A stretch of DNA of 64,000 nucleotides from Oopsacas minuta. Its lineage: Eukaryota; Animalia; Porifera. Within the stretch, counting starts at the first letter, position 1, and each line of letters begins with the position of its first letter. This document shows positions 43,101 to 55,100 of this stretch, piece by piece. The stretch covers positions 487,905-551,904 of the forward strand of contig JAKMXF010000244.1 in the NCBI GenBank assembly GCA_024704765.1, written 5' to 3'. A program made the translations under genes and the position numbers. Below the pieces are notes generated by a model, which saw nothing but the letters and a program-made list of their open reading frames with translations, had not been told where the DNA came from and did no database searches.

Positions 43101-46100
43101 AAATTTGCTTGCATATCTGTACGTGGTTGTAAGAATTCTGCTGATTCTTTCTGTTACATTTGTGGTGAATTTACAATAACGAAGTACCATCCTATTAATA
43201 CTGAAAACATTAAACAGCTATATGAGTTATACTTTGGATGTAGGCTCGGAGATCAAGAGAAAAAATGGGCGCCACGCATTATTTGCATGAACTGTGCCTC
43301 TTGTCTATCACAGTGGTTTACCGAACAGGCCCTGGCTTTAGTTTCGGAGTGCCAATGATTTGGCGTGAACAACGAGATCATACAACTGATTGCTACTTTT
43401 GCATGACTTCGATTAAAGGATTTAATGGAAAAAACGAAAAAAGTATCACGTATCCCAATCATCCTTCTGCAATTCGGCCCATAGCTCACTCAGATGATAT
43501 TCCTGTACCAACACCACCTGTCTCTTTACCCAATAGTGATTCGACATCATCTGATGGAGATTCTAATGAAGATAATGTTTACTACCAACCTGAAAACTCC
43601 CAAATACGACACATATCACAAGTAGAACTGAAAGACCTAGTGAGAAATTTGCTATTAACAAAAGGCGAAGTGACTCCTTGCATTTCATCCTCAAGATTGG
43701 AATGTGTTGGAAGATGAAACAAAGGTAACCTTTTACCGCAAGCGAACTGCAGATCGTACTCCTTATTCTACATGAAGGGTGACCTTTGATATTGTAACAA
43801 CATATATAGTCTTTTCAGTGCCTTTAATATTGACTGTGATGTTAGTGAGTGGCGGTGTTTATGGTTGCTCCAAAGTACAGTGTCAAGGCCGTGTTACTAG
43901 CAATGGAAATATATCCATCAATACCAATTGCTCATTCAGTAGCACCTAAGGAAAGCTACGGTAATATGAGATTCATTTTAGATAGCATTCAGTATGATGA
44001 TCATAAATGGTCAATTTGCGCAGGCTTAAAAGTTGTCGCTATTTTAACTGGATTGCAGAGTGGATACGCCAAATACTGCTGTTTTCTTTGTTTGTGGGAC
44101 AGTCGTGACAGGAAAGAGCATTATAGCCGAAAAGAATGGCCAGTGCGTAATACGCATATCCCAAGTAGAAACAATATAAAGAACCGTGCTTCAATCGATA
44201 AGTCTGATGTATTGCCACCTCCATATTACATCATATTGGGCTTAATGAAACAAATGGTCAAGGCGATGAACAAAACTCTACCACCTTATAATTATCTTGT
44301 CGAAAAATTTCCAAATCTCAGTAGAGCAAAAGAAAAGAAGGCATCTATGAGGAACCACAAATCCAACAGCTCATATTTGACAGTTCATTTGATGCTTCAA
44401 TGAACGATATCGAACTAGCGGCATGGGTTGCATTTGAGAATGCGTGCGGCGGGTTTCTTGGCAACATAAGGAGATGAATTATGTTCACTTAATTGGAAGG
44501 CTATTAGAAACATATCAAACGATGGGCGGTAATATACCTCTAAAATTGCATTTTCTAATGTCACATCTTAAATTCTTTCCGGAAAACCTGGGAGAAGTGA
44601 GCGATGAACAAGGAGAAGGTTCCACCAGGACATTTCAACGATGGAGAGAAGGTAGAAGGGCAAGTGGAGCCCAACAATGCATGCAGACTATTGTTGGATG
44701 CTGAAGCGTGATAAACCAGAAGCGGTGTACAACCAAAATGCATGGCGAAACATTGTGGCCATAATTCACTATTATATTAACATATCAACTATTTATACTA
44801 CTTAAGAAATACACATTATCCTTCTTGTGCCATTATTTAAAGTTATGAGTTAACGCTCACGATACAATCTTAGTGTAAATGTCCATATTTTAACAGTATT
44901 TCACGAAATTTAATGGTAATTTTCAAAAAAATGTGGTGTGATGGAGTAAAAGAGCCATCAGATCTGTGATGAGCATAACAAAATTGCTATAAATCACATA
45001 ATTGATGTAACGTATTATTCCAAAACAAAAATTTGTTGGACAGTGATATTAGTCGAACAAATGACAACCCTAGACAAATGAGAACGATGGAATTATGTTG
45101 TCGTTTCAACAATTTAAGGAGTACAACTGATCACATGTTGATAGGAACCATCCAAATTATCCACAAATGTGTTACTAAATAGGTTATGAGATTCAGCTAT
45201 TATAATTAGGACCGGATAGATGAAGTGGCAGTCTGAAATTAAAATAAAAATAATAGATGAATGAATTGTGAGAAGTCGAAATGCATTACACACATTGGAG
45301 TTCGCATACAGCAGACACTCGCTAATCCGAACAGGGCCAAAGGTTATACAACTTTGAAAAATGTACCCCTAGAGTGTATAGTGTTGTTTCAAATATAAAT
45401 GCATTTCACTAATCCGAAAGAAAAATTTGAATTGGAACAGTGGTGTTTACGTTAGGGAAGATGTACTGTATTAGCAAATCGTATTTGCATGATTTTCTTT
45501 GCTAACACGCAGATTTGTTAAACTATTCAACATCCAAAAGTGAAAAGTAAGACCACAAGTAAATTTCGCATTTGATAATTAGATAAAGCTATTCTGTCAC
45601 ATATACTATGAACGCAGAGCTCGATTTTTCACATTAAGTCCAAATCGGGCCACTGTGCTAAAGTAGGAACATTCTATACCAGATACAAATAATAGGAAAT
45701 AGCATTAAATACTAATGAAGGCCAACTCATAACTAATTCTGGAACAGGGAGAAATCCGAAGTTCACTGTATTTATACAGGCACACATATTTAGAGTTGTA
45801 CTGAATATCCGGTTCTAATCTGGTATATACTACGCATATTCAAATAACAATCCTGGCAGATAAACAGATTAGATATTTGTAAGATGAAAGTACCAGCAAA
45901 TTCATTATATTTCGCTAAGAATACGATTATACAAGTAGTAGGAAACTGAGAATTTAGGTAGTGATAAACTTGGTTGAGTAGATAAATATTTCACCGCACC
46001 GGAAAAAAATTGGAACAGACACACCTTGATATTTAACGTTATTCTGGAGATTTATTTCAGTTTTACAATCCTTACAATCACTAACCAGATTTCAGGGTCC

Positions 46101-49100
46101 GATCGATGCAGAGAATCTCAAACCAGTGTAGCATAATTCTATTAGTCATGAAATATTGCAAAGGTACGTTCAGGCTTGAATATATGCTGAATAGATACTT
46201 AGCAATACAAATACATATAACTGTAAACTATTTCATATCAGCATGACGTCATCTGATTGTTTAAGCATCGATTACACAAGAATCACTCTTATCATGAGCT
46301 CCAAGGTATGGACATCTTTATCTACTGGCCTAACTCGATATGAGGTCAACATGAACTGTCATATTATTTAGTCTTTATTAGATAAATACTCAATTATTGT
46401 GATGTATTGATTCATGAATTCAAGAACCATTCAAGAACCCGCAAATACAAAGGAACTGAAAAATACTGATAATGAAAAAGGAAGATACTTATGATGACTG
46501 ATGTGTATACGGTTCAAAGCAGAATACACATATATTTGTCAATTACGATGAAAGTTTCGAGTTCGGGTCCTGAGCAAATGAACACATTTGACGAAATGAT
46601 GACATAACACAATATGAATAAGCAGAATACTACGATTTAATAAATATATAATCACAATACCTGAATTTTGTGAAAACTGAACAGTGGAATAGAGAATTTC
46701 GCTGGAGAGGACGGTAAATAAGGTTGAGTAGCATGCATTAGAAATTAATCGAATAGATTCAGGAGAAGTATCGAATAACACAGGGATTGACATCAAGTGT
46801 ATCAATGATAAAAGTTCATATAACAGAATTTCACAATTTGGAACGCTATCATTTGATGAAATCTTTCTTGTGCTAATATTCGAACACGGGCATAATAATG
46901 ATGAAATGAGAGAGAGCAAAAAACTAGAATCAACACGGGACTGTAAATATTTCAAGTTGTATAAAATAACAGACTCTTTAATAGTGGGATTAGTTAATTG
47001 GTGATTATTGTCGTTAGAAGAGATAACATTTTCTGAAGATGGTTTAAAGAGGACATCGCGAAAATGAAAACCTAAAGAAGGTTAAGTAAGTACATAGAAT
47101 AAAATTTCATATTAAATGAGTACACGAAAAAGAAGATGCGAATTCCTAGCACCTCCAAAGAAGGAATATTATTAATAGATACAAGAGGGAAACACCTGGT
47201 AAGTCGCTGCGTGACAGCTTAATGCATCAAGTTACGCCTAGTGCATTAGGTGATTTTTAGAAATCCAATAAGGTGAAAATTAAGGTATAATTTTGTATTA
47301 GGTGTGATTTTTGTCAAAGACTCGAAATTGTCCCAGGCAGTCCAAAAATACCCATGTATGTCAATGATCAGCCCTAGGAGTCTTGCAGTTTCTTGAATCA
47401 ATTCCGAATATGCACACATATAGTGGCTCACACTTAATATCATCGTGTATGAGTTTTATGACATTATCGGAGTTATCCTATAGCCTGGAAGGATTTCTCC
47501 GATAAATGTCATCAGGGGCGTGCGAACCTAATTTAACCTGACCAGGTCAAACAAAAATTTAGTAAAGATCAGGGCTCTGTGGCGGCACAACTGGTCCGAC
47601 TCAGACTAGTCATGACAGGTCATGATCGGTCCCATCTGACCACAACTGGCCCGGCTATATGGAAGGTCTCTAACCTGAGGTCCATTCAGTTATCAGGCTT
47701 AGAACTGATTTATAGACATCCATAACGAAATGATAGTTTAGTGGGCGCCAATACTGATCCTGAAAGATCTTTCTGCAAAAGGTGAACCAGTTTTGGTACC
47801 ACAACTGGTCCGGGGTAACAGCCAAGATTTTACCCAGTCCTCAAATATACTCTAGTATGAAGTGGGCAAGCTCAGAACATAATCTCATGGCGTTCTAACC
47901 TAGGCTAGCCCAGAATATACCCAGGTATATTCTAGTAGGGGAATATTCTGGGGCTACTACAGGGCACAGGGCCAGTTATGACAACGGCGTACCAGTTATA
48001 GTCGGCCATAACTGACCCCGAACCAGTTAAAGCGTGCCAGTTCCCAATGAGTTGTGACTAGTCCATGAGTCATTAAGATATACAAAATAAAATATTATCC
48101 TATATTAATGAACAGGAATTTTGAAATATGATATGATATGAAAGTCAAAACTGCATAGTTATTTAATAGAACAAACAGACGATATGGATCTATGTATATT
48201 CTATCGATTTAATTACATGCGAATATATACGTATAGTTACCAACTATCTAGATTCTAGATGTAGCCACTATTTTCAATGCCCAGGCTGTGATCTGGTCAA
48301 AACCTTGGTTGGAATATTCTGCCCAGGTTTAACCTGGTCAGTTTGTATTACTGGCAAGGCCCAGGTCACATTTCTCGTACGAATGAGACATTATCCGGAA
48401 TAATCTAGGAATCCAATTCATGAACCCAATATGTTGGTAGGTACTTTGTGCGTGGGCAGTACTAAATGGCAATACGTACATTTAGACAACTTTATGCACA
48501 TCAGTTTGTCTACATTGTGAATAATGCACAGCACATCCTCACATCTTTCCTCCTAATAGATTCTACTATTAATCTTCAAAATGGAATTCACGTTCAACTA
48601 TAAGCTTCATCCGGGAAGGATACCAAATCTGACCAACATTTTATGACAATTTCCGGGTTATGACACAACGCAATATGATAATAAAAGAGTTTAAACAAAA
48701 AGTGACGAAAATGATTTTGGATTTAAACGATCTGTGATAATATGCTGAATCTTCTATCAAGCGGTATGAGAACAAACGGGATTCACTGATATATATATAC
48801 GGACATCAATACAATCAAACGCAATTATCTGTATGTATGTGTACGTATATACAGTGTAGTCTCCCAAAAACGAACAATCAGAGAAGCGACAACCCCACCT
48901 GCAACAGACAAACTTCGTGTCACGGATTAAATTTGTCAGGAGCGGACATTTCTCTACAACGGAAAGAAACCATGTCCAACGTGTACGTTATTCGGAGACT
49001 CCACTGCATATATAAGTACAACTGTTTGTAAGTCCAAAATTGATTGAAGAAACTGGAGGACCCTTAGGGCTGATTATGGCATAGAGGGGTGATTATGGAC

Positions 49101-52100
49101 TGGTTCGGAGAAGTTCGAGTCTTGAACGAAAATTCGCACCTATGACCAATTATGACGTCATTGTCACCTTATTGGATTTTCGAAAAATCACAGATTAACC
49201 ACTGCTTAGCCGACATATATGATAGAAGATTGAAACTAGAATCACAAGTGCGCCACAGTGTGACAAGTGTCCTAACGTCATGATTCTGACACCAACCAAA
49301 CTCATCATGGGATTATTACGTCATTATGACTGTACAAAAAATAAAAAATTTCTGAATTGCTGAATACCCGAGGGACGAAGTGCAGAGAGTACTAACAAAA
49401 GCGACATAGCATCTCCGGGGTCACCACAGTAGGCCATTTAATGTTATTTGGATGGAACATGGATATTAAAATCTCAAAATTTTAACTATTCTGTGAATTC
49501 GAGGCACAAAGTGCCGAGTATATTCTGTCGTGTAGTGACCAATAACATAAATTTAGCTGTTGAATAATTAAGCCAACCTGGAGCACAAAGCTGATGCACG
49601 GCGACCTAGCAAGCGAAGCGTACTAGTGTTATATATATATATATATATATACTGGCATAACCTACTAGGGACGCATGCATTAGTCCAAATTTTTGGTGAT
49701 TGAATGCATCGCAATAAGTGGGACTAATGCCAATTTTGATATTTGGACAAATGCATACATACGAATTTGGACTAACGCATGCGCCCCGTTAATAATTATG
49801 TCGGCAAACGTATCTCTAGCCCAACATCAACAAGTTACTGTTACGCCCTAACTATACTAGGCTATGATACAAATAATCCCGTGTAATAGTGTAGAATCTA
49901 GATTTTGAATAATATATATAATTAAATCTCAAATTTGGTTTGTTTGTTTGTTTGTTAGTCTATTTGTTCGTTGTCAAGGAAAGAACTTCTGGTATGCTAT
50001 TATGAAATCGAAATTCGCAATACCCATAACTCTGTATTTATCGTGTAATCAAGAAAGAAAATAGAATCAAATATAACTAACTATAATGAAAATGCGGAAT
50101 CCGATTGCAACACTTTCGAATTAATCGTGTGAAAATTTATTATTATTTTTATGAATATATAGTAAACAATAGTTGAAACCTCGAAATATACTTAGATACT
50201 TGCTTCAACAGATATACAGGGGGTAATCAAGTACAGGGAATGAATATGACACAGTGGGAAAACATGGATGATTAGGTAAAAATATTAATATTCAAATCTC
50301 CAAGAAAGTCGTATTTGTGAATTCATCATAGTTGAAAACATATAATTGCGTATATAGATACAGAAATTTACCTTGCTCATGACTGTGCTATAAGCAGATA
50401 ATGAAATGAAGATTCTCATGATACTGAAACGCTTTTTGTCCATTGAAATTTCAACATTTGTGGATAGGGCCGTTCAAACGATACCTAGCGCAAAAATTAG
50501 CAAAATTCACGCTTTTTTTTACTCTTTTGTAATACAAAAAGGGCGCAGCTGTCTCTTAGCGTAACACGCCCCCTTGTAACTTTACGTAACGTTTGATGTT
50601 ACGTACGTAAACAATCTAAACAATTTGGTTACGATCAATTTTTAGTACTCTTTACTGCGGGGTGTTATCTATAGCGATATATCCCTTGGATTTATACTGA
50701 CCGACATGCTGTTAGGGAGTTTTTTGGAAGCATGTTCCCCTTGCTTGTTGGTTGGTGTATTTTCAAACGACATAGGCATGGGTAGAAAGATTTCATCCAC
50801 TTCATTATTTTAATTCCATACACTGTTGTTCTTCTGCATCTACAGTCGAAATCGCCTATTCGCAATTTGTCAACTATTCTATTGCGCCTGTTGACTTTTT
50901 ATCATTGACATTCTAGGTAGTTTTGTATGCTAATTTATGTCTATAACTTCAATCTTTCCTATGAACAAAATTTTGCAAGATACCCTTGAATTAGCGTCAA
51001 ACATTCCAATGAAGTGATACGAGAACATTTATCATTGTCAAAATACCTTACAAATATAACTCATTGAAATTCCCTTCTTTCCTAGTCTGCGCTGCACCAA
51101 ACATTAATATATCTCTATACAAAAATATTCCAAGTTGGTTGCTACAACTTTGAATATATTTCCATTTGAAAATATTGTAACTTTCTCACCCAAGTAGGAA
51201 TTCCTACTTACCGCGGAACATTATCAACGCGTTAATTCCGTTTCTAGACAAATATATTTCTAATTTTTCATCATGGTTAGTGAAATATTGAAATTACTTT
51301 AGTTTGGATACTACAAAAGGTACTGAATTACTTGTAAATATAGTAGGAAAGTTTAGATTAATCTAAAGTACAGCACCCTAGGAATGTCCCCCCTTGGCCA
51401 CGCCCCTTCTTATTCAATCTTTATTTTGTTCAATTTTCGAAATATTCGTTGAGTTTTTATCTAGAATCCGATTGGTAATGCTATGTATAATTATTAACGC
51501 ATAATCTTGTTAATTCCAACTTCTATATAGATTTGATAATATTTTCAACCCATTATTATTAATACTAGCCCACTTCAATTGCTCACGCTGCGTTGCTTAC
51601 GAATACTTTGTGTCTCCATGGGGCTATGCACTTCGTACCTCAAATTGAGCAAGGTATAATGTAACAACATATTCGCAATAACTTGGTGATTAGTTCATAT
51701 TTGTAATCAGTATACCCGATTACCACGGTTCAAAACAAGTTTCTAGGATTCATCAGAAAATTATTTACTTTTTACACCTAATCATTTTTCAGTTGGTATT
51801 ATGGTCACGGTCGCTACGTTTCGCTACCCTATATCTAGTAAAATCTTGAAGGCAAACATCTCTTCTAACTGTTTCAACCATAAAACCATGCGACCTCGAG
51901 TGCTCTCGAAAAAAGTTTTGACCAATTTCTAATTCGTTCATTCTAATATATTCTATATTTAGTACTTAGATAATGGTCTTTGTAAAATATTTTGTAACAG
52001 AATGTACCCAAATATTTTTCCATGATTATAGAAAGCAATATTAATTACATCATTAACAAAACTTATATATTCCATTCCAACTAACTCCTGTAAAATGACT

Positions 52101-55100
52101 TTGAAATTAGGTTTAATTAAAATGACTAACATTCTTCAATACAAAATATACAAATTGTTATGATAAAGTGCGCATGTTTTTATGTTATCGCACAGACCAT
52201 TGATTGCAAGTGTTGCAAGAAGGTCAAATGAGGATAGCAATTTTATAGTAAACACCCAACTTCAATACACAAATACTACACTTTGACATGTCGCTGTGAA
52301 AATTATGGAGTAATGTTGAAAGTCACCATAAGAGGCGTAGACTTGATTAATAGAAAGACCAGTATCTGGCAATCTCGCAACTTGGGTCAAATTTATCTTG
52401 ACGCAACAACTTTGTTGCGTCAGAAAAATGACAGATCCTGCGAATTTTTAGTTTTGTCGCAGCTTCTGGCGCTACCAGATGCTCTAGGTAGCTCTAGGTG
52501 GCTTAAGTTACTGCATTATGAAAGTTTTAGGGTTGTAGTCAGGGGTGTATCCAAGGGGAGGTAGGGCCATGGTCCCACCTCGAATTCTTATGGCCTTACC
52601 ACATTTTCGCATCTCTTTATATGATATTTATATATCGTCATAGACCACTACAGTAGAATCTCCAAAATGAGGTGTCCAGGAAGCATTAGCTAGACTCAAC
52701 ACCCAGTGTTTCCCCCAAAGCGAGTTAAGCGAGTCAATTAACGCGCTTTCACCGCTGAATGACGCGCTTAGAATATCTAGCTGCGTTAAAATGTAGACTT
52801 TCTGCATAGGGTTTAGTACATTTACAAGAAAGAGGCCCCTTCAATCCCAAAATTGAGCGCTTTCCATTAATACTGTGGGAAACGCTGTCAAGACCCCACT
52901 TTGGGAAATACCCTACTTCTTACACTAATAATCGAACTTTTTTCGCAAATTAAATGAATTTTGCCTGAGGAAATGCAAGAAAAAAGGTCAAAATTTGGAC
53001 CATTCTAGCTTCTTACAACATGATTAATTAAATTAGACGAAATTGTGTATCAATTTTAGTTCACATTGGAGGCGCCAAAAGAGGGTGATAGGGTGGGTTT
53101 TACTCACTCTTATTTGTTCATTGCCGAGATAAATATTGGTTGTCATTTGTAAATCACCCTACTTGGGTTTATCCCCAGACATGTGTTTTCTAAATGCAAG
53201 TGGTATAATTTGAATTAGTATTATATATCGAGGTCATGTGTCAAGTGTTATCGAATACAACTAGAATACTTACATTGGTTTCTTTGAGCATTTATATTTA
53301 TACTTGTAGATAATTATTCTTAGTTGCAATAAGTTTTGTCTCAGGTTCGATTTTCTATTAGAAAAATAATTGAACTAAATGTACTACTAGATTAATTAAA
53401 TCGCGCATCACTATTTCTAGCATATTTAGGATGAAAAGACTAAATTATTTCTGGAAAATCCATCCAAAAAAGTCCCTTATTCATGGAGAAGATAACTTTC
53501 GCAATCTCAGAAATATAGAAATTTCTCGCACATTAAGACTTGCTAGTATCATTTATAGTATAGATTAGATTTGTTAGTAAACACAATAATTTGTATCCAA
53601 AATTCGTTAAATAAATATTTGGGGTTTACAGTGTTTACCCCACCCTGACCAAATTGAGTTCTGGCGCTATGGTTTACATAATCATTAAAAATTGCCTGCG
53701 ACCTAAGTTGACTAATTCAGTGAAAAATGACAAAAAATTATGAATTATTCGATTATTGTGTATTATTCAATAAATGAACAACTTTATTGGGAATCTGAGC
53801 AAATAGCGAATAAATAGTAGTTTGATTTCCACATCTACAATACAATTCATTCCAAAACTCTAGATCGAAGTTTAATAGATTAATGGTTTTGTTATTTGTA
53901 ATTCATGAATTAGTCAATTAACCTTGCGACGTAACTAAATCAAAATTCTGACAATTGAATCACTTTGGGATGTGTAAGTGACTGTGTATTTCCCATTCCA
54001 TCTCGCCAAGCCCCAATTGGTAATTTCAATATAAATTTTTGGATAAAAAATCATTTTAAATTGCACCAAGCGCACCCTAAAGCCCACTTCTGACAAATAC
54101 CCCACGTTATGAGGTTAATTTGGCTGTTGACACCCCTTTGTACACGCTATTTCGAAGGCCCAATTTTGTAGGTTCAACTCAGGGCCTTCGATAGCAAGAC
54201 GGGCCCCATGGGTTTAGTATATGCGACCCTCGTCATATTTTAAACTAAAATGTATTTTAGATTAACTAAACGAGCAGTTACTAGTGCATGGTGTCACTCA
54301 AGATTTAAAAGCGAATATCATCTCGACACATTTACACACTTTGGAATTAAAAAAATTTGAAACAATAGGGATCATAGGAAAACATAACCCTGTCTTCGTC
54401 CCTAAAAACCTGATGTTAGACCCCAAAATGAAGAGTCTAACATATGTACAGATATTATATCAAGATGTAAATAAGTATAAGGGTATGGGATATTGGAAAG
54501 TCGGGTATAGGTATACATACTATACATCGGCTAACCTGATTTGACCATAATTGTAACGATTATCAAGTTTTATAGATAGATAGATAGTACTATTTTAATG
54601 GACAACCTTGATATACGTAGCTAATTGATCACATGGTCCAAGCCGTGGCGGAGCTATCCAGCAGCTACTGGTGGGGGCACAACCAGGTCACCGATGGGGC
54701 ACATATTATTTAACTGGGGCATACATATATTAATGAGGTGGGGCGAACATATATTAAAGAGATGGGGCATATGAGAAACTGGATAGAGCTAAATTCGGAT
54801 TCAGCGTACTCGAATACTCATGCATAGGTAAGTCTCTACATATAATTTGATATTTCAATTATTTGTTATCTGTATATTCATAAAAAAACAAGAAATTTAC
54901 AAATGAGGAACGTAAAATGCGAAATTCGGATTCAGGGTTCGTAATTACCCCTAAGTAGCCATTTAGAGCAAGCCTATACGTCAAAATTTCATACCGTCAA
55001 TCTTTTCCTTGACAACGGGAAAAAACTGGAGGACTCCAAGGGCTGATTTTTGGCATACAGGGGTATTATGGGCCTGGCTGGGAGAAGTTCGATCTTGGAC

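Noticed and set aside
46340-46569. Apparent frameshifted UBR4 exon with TGA at a Trp-like position (possible recoding or pseudogene)
   Set aside because: The intact exon 38546-38858 matches the same UBR4 segment better and joins exon 2 in phase; the multi-frame match was over-interpretation.
54685-54775. Four ~24-bp spaced tgggg(c)a repeats, superficially CRISPR-like
   Set aside because: The repeats are short and degenerate with similar spacers, follow a hAT-like end, and lie in a eukaryotic context without cas genes; they are subterminal TE repeats.
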